From the IMG/VR virus record IMGVR_UViG_3300031787_000011: a stretch of 64,000 bases of DNA; one strand, written 5' to 3'. Shown here one piece after another: positions 19,751-30,479 of the stretch. The DNA is from a virus. Every line of letters starts with the position of its first letter. The first letter of the stretch is position 1. Both the position numbers and the translations under genes were made by a program. The notes beneath the pieces were generated by a model. That model did not search any database and was not told where the DNA came from. It saw only the letters and a list, made by a program, of their open reading frames with translations.

Positions 19751-22700
19751 TTATCTTCTTTCTAAAGCAGTTACTCTAGATTTTAGCTCATTAATTTGCG
19801 CCTGCTGCTCTTTTATAGCTTCTGCTAACACTGCTGTTATTCTTGGATAATCTAAAGATCTAGCGTCTGGGCAATCATCATTTAATTTCCAAGTACTTAC
19901 TAGTTCGGGTAATACTTGCTCTAATTCTTGCGCAATAAATCCGATAACAGGAGTATTTAAACTATAACCGTCTCTTGTATTGTTTATGAATTCATTCCAT
20001 TCGTATGTTACGCCGCGCAACTTCATTACTTTTTGGAGCGCGTTTTCAATTGGTTTTATATTTTTCTTGAATCTTAAGTCTGATGACGTTGGGAATGAGG
20101 TCGCATGAGCATTACCATTAACATCCAAAGTATAAGCTGGGGTTACCCCTACACCTAATATATAAGTTCCGGGGCTAACTTGATTTGATAAAAATAATTT
20201 GTCTGAGCCGCTGTACCATCTTAATACATCACCAGCTACTCCATTTTGCAAGTAATTGTACCATTTTGTAGCACCTGCGTCTTGGAATTGAATGCCTCCT
20301 TGGTAACTAGTGCTTGATCTATTTATAATATAATAAGCTGCTCCCGCACCGCCGTTTAATGTCACAGTAGATGTTCCATCGTCAGTTTCAAGAGAATTTC
20401 CAAGAGTAGTAGTATTTGTAAATTTAGCTATTCTATTTGTTGTACCGCTTGCATTTGCTGCGCCTTGAGACCCAGTGCTACCTTGAGACCCAGTGCTGCC
20501 TTGAGAACCTAAGCTTCCAGTACCGCCAGTGCCGCCTTGAGATCCTATGGCTCCTGTACCGCCAGTACCACCTTGAGACCCAGTGCTACCTTGAGATCCA
20601 GTGCTACCTTGAGACCCAGTGCTGCCTTGAGAACCTAAGCTTCCAGTACCGCCAGTGCCGCCTTGAGAGCCTAAGCTTCCAGTACCGCCAGTGCCGCCTG
20701 TCCCGCCAGTACCCCCTGTTCCGCCAGTGCCGCCAGTGCCGCCTTGAGAACCTAAGCTTCCAGTACCGCCTGTTCCGCCAGTACCACCTGTTCCGCCAGT
20801 GCCGCCAGTGCCGCCTTGAGAGCCTAAGCTTCCAGTACCGCCAGTGCCGCCTGTCCCGCCAGTACCACCTGTTCCGCCAGTGCCGCCTGTCCCGCCAGTG
20901 CCGCCTGTTCCGCCAGTACCACCAGTGCCGCCTGTTCCGCCAGTAGCAGCGATAGAATCTAAAACATCGTAAGTGTTAGCGGAAGATAAATACCAAACTA
21001 ATGGGACCGTTGATGTTGGATTCGGAGTCCCATTTAAGGCGAAAAAGTTTGTAGAACTAAAAGTTCCTGTATTTCCGGCCTTTACGATCATGCAATACTC
21101 TTCCCATTTTCCTGTGCCAAGAGTAGAGGTAGTCCAATAAGATGTTCCGTTAGTACCAATAGAATTACTATGGAAACTAAGCGAATATCCAACAGGTATT
21201 TTAGCTACAAATACGCAAGCAAAAACAGAATTAGCTCTAGTATTATCCGCAAAATACCATCCTCCAAAATAAGGCGACGTTGCAGCAGAAGTATGAGTTA
21301 TTCTTACTACGTATCCGCTATTATTTGGAGCTCCTAAACCAGTCGAAGCTATTCTAGCTATAGATATGGTCCCTGTGGCGTTGTTATCGTAAATGTTTAT
21401 TCCATTTAAGTTATTATCAATGAATGTTTCGTTATTGTGTAAAGACTTGCCTCTTCTATAAGTATCAAAACCTATAGTAGACTGACCTAATTCTACAGTC
21501 GCCGCTGTGGCGAAAGAAGTTTGGCTCCTTATATTTAGATCTCCTATTAAATTTAAAGTTGATCCATTAAAAGTCAAATTAGACTCTCCATTAGCCCCGG
21601 CTCCTCCAGTGGCAGTAAGAATATAATCATTTACATTGTTAGTAAGCGCTACTGAAGAGCCTTGAGATCCTAAACTTCCAGTGCCGCCAGTGCCACCCGT
21701 TCCGCCAGTACCACCTGTTCCGCCAGTGCCGCCTTGAGAGCCTAAGCTTCCAGTACCGCCAGTGCCGCCTGTTCCGCCAGTACCACCAGTGCCGCCTGTT
21801 CCGCCTGTTCCGCCAGTACCACCAGTGCCGCCTTGAGAGCCTAAGCTTCCAGTACCGCCAGTGCCGCCTGTTCCGCCTGTTCCGCCAGTACCACCAGTGC
21901 CGCCTTGAGAACCCAAACTTCCAGTACCGCCAGTGCCGCCTGTTCCGCCAGTGCCGCCTGTTCCGCCAGTGCCGCCTGTTCCGCCAGTACCACCAGTGCC
22001 GCCTTGAGAACCCAAGCTTCCAGTCCCACCTGTGCCGCCAGATGTTCCAGATGTCCCAGATGTTCCAGAGCTTGCGGCATTGACTTTTGTCTTAACTGTT
22101 CCATCAGCGTCTATGACTAAACAATTTGTGCTTGAGCTTGCAGATATTCCAGTAAATCTGATAGTACCAGAAACATCTAAAGTATAAAGAGGGTTGCTTT
22201 GGCCTATTCCAACTTTATTATTTTTAAGAACAAAATCGCCGCTTCCATATTGCCCCAATACAACTCTATCATCAGCGAAGACTTCCATCACTGGCAATCC
22301 TGCACTATTATTTACAGACATTAATGAATCTGATAAATCATCAATTACAGAAAAGAGTGTCCCGTTTGTGCCGTCCGCCCTGAGTAATGTAGCGCCAGAT
22401 GTAGTTGAATTTAAATGCAATCTACCAAGAGGACTTGTAGTGCCGATACCAACATTACCACCATCAGCTTTGATGGTCATGCGGGTGGTCATTGTGCTAC
22501 TTACATTTTGTCTAAAATAAATATCTCCATAAACTTGAGAAGAAGTTACTGGATACGTATTATCAATGTAAGATACAGCGAAATTTGGATTATATATTAA
22601 ATGCAATCCATGAGCATCAGAAACTCCATAACTTATTTTTATGCCCTGATCGCTATTTGCAGAACTTGTTATTCTAACAAATGGATTTGCCCCGTGAATA

Positions 22701-25700
22701 TGCAGCAATGTAGCAGGGCTTGTTGTGCCTATGCCTACATTACCTCCTTGCAAGATTGTCAAAGTATCAGCGCCAACACTATTTTTAAAATAAGTTGCAG
22801 TGGAACTTCCAGCATAATAATTGGCGTTATAAATTCCAGATCCCACAACAAGATTTGTTCCAATATTAGCATCTCCATTAACGTCTAATTTCCGCGATGG
22901 ACCTGTTGAGCCAATGCCAACATTTCCATTACTTAACATTACAAAACTATTACCAAAATTAGATTTATAAGATAATGTAGCTAAATTATTACCAGTTCCT
23001 GTAGCGTCTGCATCTACCCAATTCCAACCATCTGCATAAGCATCATTATAAGCGCTACTGTACATGCTTTCAACATACAATTTAGGCCAGTAGCCCGGAC
23101 TTACTAATACAATACAAACTTTAAGTACGCCGGAAGAATCCCAGTCTTCGGCAGACAATTTAACTGTTGGGGCAAAGCTGCCTGCTGAAGTAATTGTCGC
23201 GTTATAAAAAGTGCTTAAATAATAATGCCAACAAATCATTAAATTAGTAGTTTCTGCGCTACCATATCTGAATCCTTTAATATTGATGGTAAAATCTGCT
23301 GCAGCAGATGCAAACGGAATTTTTGTTCTTATTTTTATGAAGCTTGGAGTAACTTGGCTATTTATATCCAAACCGATCATTGTTAATTTACTACCATCAC
23401 CAAAACTAGCTTCTCCATTAACAGCCAATTTAACAGATGGATTTGTTTCGCCTATTCCAACTTTATTGCCACTTATTATAAAATCTCCGCTATTAAATTG
23501 TCCGGCTTTTATTGTATTATTAGCGAATACTTCTAGTACAGGTAAACCTGCTATAGTATTTACAGACATCAAAGAATCAGATAAATCATCTGTTATTGAA
23601 AAAAGCGCTCCATTTGTGCCGTCGGCTTTCAATACTGTTTCGCCAGTAGTTGTTGAAACTACATGAAGTTTTCCGCTAGGTTGAACTGTACCGATGCCAA
23701 TACTTCTATTGTGCCCAACTGACATCATCACTTCAGGAGTAACATTTTGGACTCTATTTATAGCGAAGTCTATTCTTGTATCTGTATTTGTATTCCAATA
23801 AGGAGTAATTTGAGCGAGATAACCAGTACTAGCATCAAATCTTAATTGAAGGCCTTTGCCTTGAGTAGAGGCTACATCTAAATTAAAAAGCGCGCCTCCT
23901 AAATTGCCTAAGCCAAGATAACCATTACTATTAAGAACAAAAACATTACTTGCGTTTACGTTATTGTTATAAGCTATATTTAAATAATTAGTGTCAAGGC
24001 CAACAGAATAAAAGATGCCGTTGTTTCTTTGGAGTCTTAATACTTCAGAAAATGCCCCTAATGCATTATTAACATGTAAACCGCCAGAAGGAGTAGTTGT
24101 TCCTATGCCTATATTGCCATTAACATCTTGATATATTGTAGAATTATTAAGGGTACTCGCTGAATTAAATTTTGAGATATAACCCGAACTCCCTGACAAA
24201 CTTGCGCTAGACCCGGCGGATCCTGTACTTCCAAGGCTTCCAGTGCCACCAGTCCCGCCAGTCCCACCAGTACCGCCAGTGCCGCCAGTGCCGCCTGTTC
24301 CGCCAGTACCACCTGTTCCGCCAGTGCCGCCAGTGCCGCCTTGAGAGCCTAAACTTCCAGTACCGCCAGTGCCGCCTGTCCCGCCAGTGCCGCCTGTTCC
24401 GCCAGTACCACCTGTTCCGCCAGTGCCGCCAGTGCCGCCTTGAGAACCCAAGCTTCCAGTACCGCCAGTGCCGCCTGTTCCGCCAGTACCACCAGTGCCG
24501 CCTGTTCCGCCTGTTCCGCCAGTACCACCAGTGCCGCCTTGAGAGCCTAAGCTTCCAGTACCGCCAGTGCCGCCTGTCCCGCCAGTGCCGCCTGTTCCGC
24601 CAGTACCACCTGTTCCGCCAGTGCCGCCAGTGCCGCCTTGAGAACCTAAGCTTCCAGTCCCACCTGTGCCGCCAGATGTCCCAGAAGTTCCAGATGTTCC
24701 AGAACTTGCGGCGTTAACTTTCGTCTTTACTGTCCCGTCGGCATCTATCACCAAGCAATTTGTGCTTGAACTTGCGGATATTCCTGTAAATCTAATTGTA
24801 CCGCTAACATCAAGAGTATATAGGGGATTATTTTGTCCAATTCCTACTTTATTGTTTTTTAATACGAAGTCTCCACTGCCATATTGACCAAGAACAACTC
24901 TGTCATCTGCAAAAACTTCCATTACTGGGAGTCCTGCAGAATTATTAACAGACATTAAAGAATCACTCAAGTCATCAATTACTGAAAATATTGTTCCATT
25001 CGTTCCATCGGCGCGAATTAATGTGGCTCCTGCTGTTGTTGAATTTACATGCAATTTACCAGATGGAGTGGTCGTGCCTATGCCAACATTACCATCTGCT
25101 CGTATATAAACTGTATTATTATTTGATGAAGAATGAAATGCGATAGGGCCAGCATTATAGATATTAAAAGCGCCAGCGCCACCATAAGTAGTATATCCCG
25201 CGCTAGCTTTAAATATATAAGCCGAGCCTACTCCATTAGCTGTAAATTCTATTTCAGAATACTGATTAGCACTTGGGCTTTGCAGACTTAGTAGAGTTCC
25301 GTCTCCATATACTGTGAGTTTTCTATTTGGAGTTGTCGTACCTATACCAACATTATTTCCTGAGCTGATATATAAACTTGTATTTCCATTATTGATTAAA
25401 GAAGTAGAATTTAAGCTAAATAAAATAGAATTATTATTACCATCTATTACGGATGCGTATCTATCTGATATTATGCGAGAACTGGCAGCTATTTCTCCTA
25501 TCACGGACAAATTAGTGGCAGGATTTGTTGTCCCGATCCCGACATTTCCATTATTTTTTATTACCAATGCATTTATTACGTTCGCTGATGTAAATGAACC
25601 GGTAGCTACATCCATGAATCCAAATACTTTATAACCAACAGCCGGAGCAAAACCTTCGAAATATGGTCTATAAGCTTGAGTGGGTTCAACTGTACCAGCT

Positions 25701-28180
25701 AATTCATTAGTCCATGTTAAGTTTTGTCCATATGTGTACCAAGGACTATTTTGTGAAGAATGGAATGTATGTTCTGATGTTCTAAATCCTCCATTTAATC
25801 TTGTTAATTTTAAACCAACATTTGTTACAGAATCATTTCCAATTTGAGCATTGCCTTGTATTTCTAACTTTTGTGTAGGACTTGTTGTACCTATACCAAC
25901 ATTACCGCTATTATCAATAGTTAAAAATTCATTAGTAGCAAAACCATCTGCCATTGAAATTTTTAACTTATCAGAATCTGAGTTGTCTATCCCAACACTC
26001 CAATTTTGACCACCGGATGTCAAAAAATTAAGATATGGATCGTGTGTTGAATTTGAATTTAAAGTTGCAATTCGTATTTTAGCGTCACCTGAATTATTTG
26101 CAACTAATAATCCAACTGTAGGTGCTGAAAACAGACTTGTCCAATCAAAATTTGCAATCGCTGCAGATGAATTTACATGCAACTTTGCTAATGGACTACT
26201 TGTGCCTATACCAACACTTCCTGACACGAATAAATTTGAAGTTATATCAGTAGTTCCATTTATTTTAGAGCTACCAAATACTTCAAAAGTATTAGTAGAC
26301 TGAGAATGAGTGCCAAATCTTGCTAAATTTATGTATTGATTGGCGACGCTTCCTGCTTGTTGTAAATATAAAGGTATATTTGCAGAACGATCTATTTTTA
26401 CAAATCTATGTCTATATTGACCATTTGTATAAGCATCATGGTCCATTACTAAACCAAAAACTCCAGTAGCATTTGGGAATACATTAGAGTCAGCGATTCC
26501 TGATTGATCAGTAAATCCCATGTTTTTCAGGTGTAGTTGGCCTGATGGGTTATATATTCCTATCCCTACTGGGCCGCCGACTGGATTTAATAAAAGAGGA
26601 TAGGTTGCTGATAAACTAGTCTCATCTGTTGATTGCATCCATGCCCCCGACCCTCCTGCTCTAATACCAAAATCTAAAACTGCATTATCATTATTATTAC
26701 TTATTCTAAATATACCATTTTGATTTGCTCCAGAAATAGCAGGAGTACCGACTGGCCCATCAACTTGGAATTTTTGAGCAGGGGTAGTTATGTTTATCCC
26801 AATATTTCCATTAGCATTTTGATATATAACGGAATTATCAAGAGTACTTGATGAATTAAATTTTGAGATATAACCTGAGCTTCCTGACAAGCTTGCGCTA
26901 GATCCGGCAGATCCTGTACTTCCAAGGCTTCCAGTGCCACCAGTACCGCCAGTACCGCCTGTTCCACCTGTTCCGCCAGTGCCGCCTGTTCCGCCAGTGC
27001 CGCCTTGAGAGCCCAAGCTTCCAGTGCCACCAGTACCGCCAGTACCGCCTGTTCCACCTGTTCCGCCAGTGCCGCCTGTTCCGCCAGTGCCGCCTTGAGA
27101 GCCTAAGCTTCCAGTACCGCCAGTGCCTCCTGTCCCGCCAGTGCCGCCTGTTCCGCCAGTACCACCTGTTCCGCCAGTACCACCAGTGCCGCCTTGAGAG
27201 CCTAAGCTTCCAGTACCGCCAGTGCCGCCTGTTCCGCCAGTACCACCTGTTCCGCCAGTACCACCAGTGCCGCCAGTACCGCCTGTTCCGCCAGTGTCGC
27301 CTTGAGAGCCTAAGCTTCCAGTGCCGCCAGTACCACCTGTTCCGCCAGTACCACCAGTGCCGCCTGTTCCGCCAGTGTCACCTTGAGAACCTGTGGAACC
27401 AAAGGAGCCAGCGCTTCCAGAAGTGCCAGACGTACCAGACGTACCAGACGTACCAGACGAGCCAGAAACTGGAGCAACTGTAGTTACAATATAAGAATAA
27501 TGCTGAGATCCTTCTGTATAGAATTTTATTGTTCTACTTGCGTTATCTAAATTGTTGGCGTAAAATTTTATTATTATTCTATCAGATGCATTTAAGATTG
27601 TGCTTCCAAAAGTTACGTCTATTTTTGTTTCTACTGCTGTGGTATTATTTATTATCCAACCGATAGCGACTTCATCGCTTGTGAAAAGTAAAGTTTCTGT
27701 CCCGCCAGTATTACGTTTAGAAACAGTATAATAAACTTCTATTTCATCATTTTGAGCGTTCTTAGACAAATGAACGAAGGCTGCCCAAATTCCTCCCGCT
27801 ATTGTTGTGACATTTGGATCACTTGCATCAGTAATATAAGAAGATATTGGGGCGGCTGTTTGTAACGCTGTTAAATTTACTGTGACTATCTGTTCGGCAG
27901 CAGCAGTAATGTTTCTGGACATTTGCTTATAAGTACTAACCCCAGAAGAGACCGATTCGTTGAAAAAATAATTAATGCCGCCAGATAAACCATTTGAACC
28001 ACTAGAGCCAGAACTTCCACTTGTGCCACCCGACAAGACCCAAGCGCCATTTATTTTTAAATACTCTAAGAGAGTATCTGTCGCTTTATAAATTGCGCCG
28101 TCAAGGACTTGCGTGATTAAAGTATTCTTTTCAGAATCTAACCCGCAAAACCTATCTCCTGCATATCTTGTAATAGCCAT
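19751..28180 (-). CDS. Giant tail fibre (2809 aa) with four Gly-Gly-Thr repeat tracts and a C-terminal peptidase S74 intramolecular chaperone
   Basis: Many GNVGIGTTxP repeats; C-terminal SDLRFKKNI...GFIAQE...LDY...EAIKEQQ (S74). Confidence 0.9.
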   Translation of the reverse strand: MAITRYAGDRFCGLDSEKNTLITQVLDGAIYKATDTLLEYLKINGAWVLSGGTSGSSGSSGSNGLSGGINYFFNESVSSGVSTYKQMSRNITAAAEQIVTVNLTALQTAAPISSYITDASDPNVTTIAGGIWAAFVHLSKNAQNDEIEVYYTVSKRNTGGTETLLFTSDEVAIGWIINNTTAVETKIDVTFGSTILNASDRIIIKFYANNLDNASRTIKFYTEGSQHYSYIVTTVAPVSGSSGTSGTSGTSGTSGSAGSFGSTGSQGDTGGTGGTGGTGGTGGTGGTGSLGSQGDTGGTGGTGGTGGTGGTGGTGGTGGTGGTGSLGSQGGTGGTGGTGGTGGTGGTGGTGGTGGTGSLGSQGGTGGTGGTGGTGGTGGTGGTGGTGSLGSQGGTGGTGGTGGTGGTGGTGGTGGTGSLGSTGSAGSSASLSGSSGYISKFNSSSTLDNSVIYQNANGNIGINITTPAQKFQVDGPVGTPAISGANQNGIFRISNNNDNAVLDFGIRAGGSGAWMQSTDETSLSATYPLLLNPVGGPVGIGIYNPSGQLHLKNMGFTDQSGIADSNVFPNATGVFGLVMDHDAYTNGQYRHRFVKIDRSANIPLYLQQAGSVANQYINLARFGTHSQSTNTFEVFGSSKINGTTDITSNLFVSGSVGIGTSSPLAKLHVNSSAAIANFDWTSLFSAPTVGLLVANNSGDAKIRIATLNSNSTHDPYLNFLTSGGQNWSVGIDNSDSDKLKISMADGFATNEFLTIDNSGNVGIGTTSPTQKLEIQGNAQIGNDSVTNVGLKLTRLNGGFRTSEHTFHSSQNSPWYTYGQNLTWTNELAGTVEPTQAYRPYFEGFAPAVGYKVFGFMDVATGSFTSANVINALVIKNNGNVGIGTTNPATNLSVIGEIAASSRIISDRYASVIDGNNNSILFSLNSTSLINNGNTSLYISSGNNVGIGTTTPNRKLTVYGDGTLLSLQSPSANQYSEIEFTANGVGSAYIFKASAGYTTYGGAGAFNIYNAGPIAFHSSSNNNTVYIRADGNVGIGTTTPSGKLHVNSTTAGATLIRADGTNGTIFSVIDDLSDSLMSVNNSAGLPVMEVFADDRVVLGQYGSGDFVLKNNKVGIGQNNPLYTLDVSGTIRFTGISASSSTNCLVIDADGTVKTKVNAASSGTSGTSGTSGGTGGTGSLGSQGGTGGTGGTGGTGGTGGTGGTGGTGGTGSLGSQGGTGGTGGTGGTGGTGGTGGTGGTGGTGSLGSQGGTGGTGGTGGTGGTGGTGGTGGTGGTGSLGSQGGTGGTGGTGGTGGTGGTGGTGGTGGTGGTGGTGSLGSTGSAGSSASLSGSSGYISKFNSASTLNNSTIYQDVNGNIGIGTTTPSGGLHVNNALGAFSEVLRLQRNNGIFYSVGLDTNYLNIAYNNNVNASNVFVLNSNGYLGLGNLGGALFNLDVASTQGKGLQLRFDASTGYLAQITPYWNTNTDTRIDFAINRVQNVTPEVMMSVGHNRSIGIGTVQPSGKLHVVSTTTGETVLKADGTNGALFSITDDLSDSLMSVNTIAGLPVLEVFANNTIKAGQFNSGDFIISGNKVGIGETNPSVKLAVNGEASFGDGSKLTMIGLDINSQVTPSFIKIRTKIPFASAAADFTINIKGFRYGSAETTNLMICWHYYLSTFYNATITSAGSFAPTVKLSAEDWDSSGVLKVCIVLVSPGYWPKLYVESMYSSAYNDAYADGWNWVDADATGTGNNLATLSYKSNFGNSFVMLSNGNVGIGSTGPSRKLDVNGDANIGTNLVVGSGIYNANYYAGSSTATYFKNSVGADTLTILQGGNVGIGTTSPATLLHIHGANPFVRITSSANSDQGIKISYGVSDAHGLHLIYNPNFAVSYIDNTYPVTSSQVYGDIYFRQNVSSTMTTRMTIKADGGNVGIGTTSPLGRLHLNSTTSGATLLRADGTNGTLFSVIDDLSDSLMSVNNSAGLPVMEVFADDRVVLGQYGSGDFVLKNNKVGIGQSNPLYTLDVSGTIRFTGISASSSTNCLVIDADGTVKTKVNAASSGTSGTSGTSGGTGGTGSLGSQGGTGGTGGTGGTGGTGGTGGTGGTGGTGSLGSQGGTGGTGGTGGTGGTGGTGSLGSQGGTGGTGGTGGTGGTGGTGGTGGTGGTGSLGSQGGTGGTGGTGGTGGTGGTGSLGSQGSSVALTNNVNDYILTATGGAGANGESNLTFNGSTLNLIGDLNIRSQTSFATAATVELGQSTIGFDTYRRGKSLHNNETFIDNNLNGINIYDNNATGTISIARIASTGLGAPNNSGYVVRITHTSAATSPYFGGWYFADNTRANSVFACVFVAKIPVGYSLSFHSNSIGTNGTSYWTTSTLGTGKWEEYCMIVKAGNTGTFSSTNFFALNGTPNPTSTVPLVWYLSSANTYDVLDSIAATGGTGGTGGTGGTGGTGGTGGTGGTGGTGGTGGTGGTGSLGSQGGTGGTGGTGGTGGTGGTGSLGSQGGTGGTGGTGGTGGTGGTGGTGSLGSQGGTGGTGSLGSQGSTGSQGSTGSQGSTGSQGGTGGTGAIGSQGGTGGTGSLGSQGSTGSQGSTGSQGAANASGTTNRIAKFTNTTTLGNSLETDDGTSTVTLNGGAGAAYYIINRSSTSYQGGIQFQDAGATKWYNYLQNGVAGDVLRWYSGSDKLFLSNQVSPGTYILGVGVTPAYTLDVNGNAHATSFPTSSDLRFKKNIKPIENALQKVMKLRGVTYEWNEFINNTRDGYSLNTPVIGFIAQELEQVLPELVSTWKLNDDCPDARSLDYPRITAVLAEAIKEQQAQINELKSRVTALERR
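20460..20945 (-). repeat. 9-bp-unit coding tandem repeat (GGT)n/GSLGSQ/GSTGSQ, tract 4
   Basis: ccgccagtg/ccgcctgtt units visible; boundaries approximate. Confidence 0.9.
21655..22072 (-). repeat. 9-bp-unit coding tandem repeat (GGT)n/GSLGSQ, tract 3
   Basis: Visible in DNA and protein; boundaries approximate. Confidence 0.9.
24205..24705 (-). repeat. 9-bp-unit coding tandem repeat (GGT)n/GSLGSQ, tract 2
   Basis: Visible in DNA and protein; boundaries approximate. Confidence 0.9.
26900..27465 (-). repeat. 9-bp-unit coding tandem repeat (GGT)n/GSLGSQ, tract 1
   Basis: Visible in DNA and protein; boundaries approximate. Confidence 0.9.
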
Positions 28181-28183
28181 ATT

Positions 28184-30478
28184 TTATTCCAGTACCTTTC
28201 TAAAACTTCCAGAAGTTCCAGTATTTCCACTAATTACACTTCTTTGCTTTACGGAAGAACTTATCATAAGAGGATCTTGTGTTATATATTTATATAAAAA
28301 AGAATTATAATTTCTATTAACTTGAATAGAAGTTAATTGAATATCGTAAATTGCTATTCTATAAATGTAGCCTTCAAAATAATTAGGGGCATTTGTAGTA
28401 ATTGGATAATTACCAAAACATACTTTTGCCAAAGAACTATCGACAATTGAAGTTACGTTTCTATTGTAACTAAAATTATATCTAGCAGTTGATTTTGGGA
28501 AACCAGATTTTGTTTGGTTATTTTCGTCTGTGAAAGAAAGAGTATTTTTACTTGTTAATTGAGCCAATAAAGAAAAATTGCCAAAAACTGGAGAACTTGA
28601 TCTATATAAATAATATCCAAAAGCATCATCTACCATAGGCCATGATAATTGTATTGCTTTTTTAAGCGGATCACTTGTAGCAGATACTATTTCGGAAGCT
28701 TTTGATTCTCCTGCTCCATCATAAGAAGATATGCAATAAAAATTCGTAGCATTATTTAAGAAACCAATATTTCCAGTATTTCCTAAAGTTCCGACACTCG
28801 CTTGAACATTAGTAAAAGTTAAAGGAGTCGGTGGTTGTAAAATAGTTAAAATAGTAACTGAGACCCTTTGCCCATTAACATAAATGCTGACCTTTTCTCC
28901 ATCTTGCAAATACACATTGACGCAAATAGATACATTATACAAAATATTTGTTTCTATTAATTGCGGAGTATAACCTGACAAAATATCTCCAGTAGAAGAC
29001 GCAAAACTAAAATAAATTTTTTTGTCTTGTATATAAATTAATTGAGGGGAACCTTGATTTTCTAAAAAGTATCCGGAAGAAACAGCGTCTGATCTTGAAA
29101 ACAAATAAGCCTTTTGAAAAGATGCTCTAGTTTGAGTAAACCAAAAATCATAAGTTTGAGTTACTCCACTACCAACAGAGAAAGTTTTTGTTGAGTTATA
29201 TTTTAAGTTTATGTCTATTAGTCCGCCATCGTTTAAATTTGTTCTATTGCCAAACAAAACAAGTGCGTTGGCATCATACATTGAATTGACTAAATTAGAA
29301 TTATTATTTCTGCCAGTTAAATCCAAGAAAGAAGAAAAAGGACTCCTAGAAGAAGAAGTAAATTTTGTTTTATGTTTTATTCCTCTGAACATTGGCTTGT
29401 TTTTTTCAAACTGCATGTTCTTGTAGAGAATATATCCTCCGTTTAAATTTGCTGGGGTTAATTCTCCTTTAGTTGGATCAAAACAAACACCATAAGATTC
29501 TATTGTTTGTCCGATATTTCCAGTATTTCCGCTAGAACCCGTATTTCCAGTATTGCCAACGTTTCCAGAATTATAACCACCTAAAATATTTATTTTGCCG
29601 CCGAAATAGGAAGTGCCAGCAGTTTTAGAATTGTAATATAAAACACTAGGAGCATTGAATGGAACGCTAAATACTGCATAACCATCAAATCCTTCGTTAC
29701 CGAAATATGAAAAATTAGTAGTGTAAGAATTCGCGCCGCCTCCAGCATTCGGTGTAGTTGTTAAATAAAATTCATTATCAACATTTGTTATATTAGATTG
29801 TAAAAAAACATATGTAGCTCCTTTATATAAATTTAGTGTTCTTCCTTGGATATTTCCCACAGCGAATCCTTGCGCAGAACCAGAACCATAATAAGGATGT
29901 TGAGGCGTTTTATCTGCTACTGATATTTCAAAATAAAAAGCGCTATTACCGAAGTTGCTAGATACTGCAGGAATAAATACTTTATCAGAAATAGTTTGCC
30001 AAGTTCCTTTCTTTTGAAAATCATAAGATCCACTTATTGTATTAAATGCTCCAGTGCTTGGAGTAAGAGTCAAAACAGTTGCTTGTCCTGTTCTTGGATG
30101 CCCAGTAGAAACATAAACATCTACAGACGCTGTGTAAGTTTCTCCTCTTATGACATTAATATTAAATCCATGTTTATTAGAAATAGAATCTGTTTGCCCA
30201 GATACAAAATTATATTTATAAATAGAATCTGTTTTATCAAATGGCCCAGGAGCATTATCAAAAAAATTTCCTTGGCCATTCAAATTGCCTGAATAATCTA
30301 ATTTATAAAAAGCTCTTCCTGTATCTACTGGTTTTATTGCGAAGCCAGTATTTCCAGTTGGTTGAGTAAATAAATTAGTTGTTGGTTCGCCAGCATAAGA
30401 ATTGCCAAAAAAATCATAAAGTAAAACACAAGAATTGGCGGCAGAATCTAATGATCCATAAACTTTTTTTATTTCCAT
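28184..30478 (-). CDS. Structural protein with a split LamG-like and an FN3-like domain
   Basis: GEPTTN N-terminus shared with the 17525 gene; SIYVNG; IQLSW...GYYLYRS; RIAIYD...QVNRNY. Confidence 0.6.
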   Translation of the reverse strand: MEIKKVYGSLDSAANSCVLLYDFFGNSYAGEPTTNLFTQPTGNTGFAIKPVDTGRAFYKLDYSGNLNGQGNFFDNAPGPFDKTDSIYKYNFVSGQTDSISNKHGFNINVIRGETYTASVDVYVSTGHPRTGQATVLTLTPSTGAFNTISGSYDFQKKGTWQTISDKVFIPAVSSNFGNSAFYFEISVADKTPQHPYYGSGSAQGFAVGNIQGRTLNLYKGATYVFLQSNITNVDNEFYLTTTPNAGGGANSYTTNFSYFGNEGFDGYAVFSVPFNAPSVLYYNSKTAGTSYFGGKINILGGYNSGNVGNTGNTGSSGNTGNIGQTIESYGVCFDPTKGELTPANLNGGYILYKNMQFEKNKPMFRGIKHKTKFTSSSRSPFSSFLDLTGRNNNSNLVNSMYDANALVLFGNRTNLNDGGLIDINLKYNSTKTFSVGSGVTQTYDFWFTQTRASFQKAYLFSRSDAVSSGYFLENQGSPQLIYIQDKKIYFSFASSTGDILSGYTPQLIETNILYNVSICVNVYLQDGEKVSIYVNGQRVSVTILTILQPPTPLTFTNVQASVGTLGNTGNIGFLNNATNFYCISSYDGAGESKASEIVSATSDPLKKAIQLSWPMVDDAFGYYLYRSSSPVFGNFSLLAQLTSKNTLSFTDENNQTKSGFPKSTARYNFSYNRNVTSIVDSSLAKVCFGNYPITTNAPNYFEGYIYRIAIYDIQLTSIQVNRNYNSFLYKYITQDPLMISSSVKQRSVISGNTGTSGSFRKVLE

Positions 30479-30479
30479 A

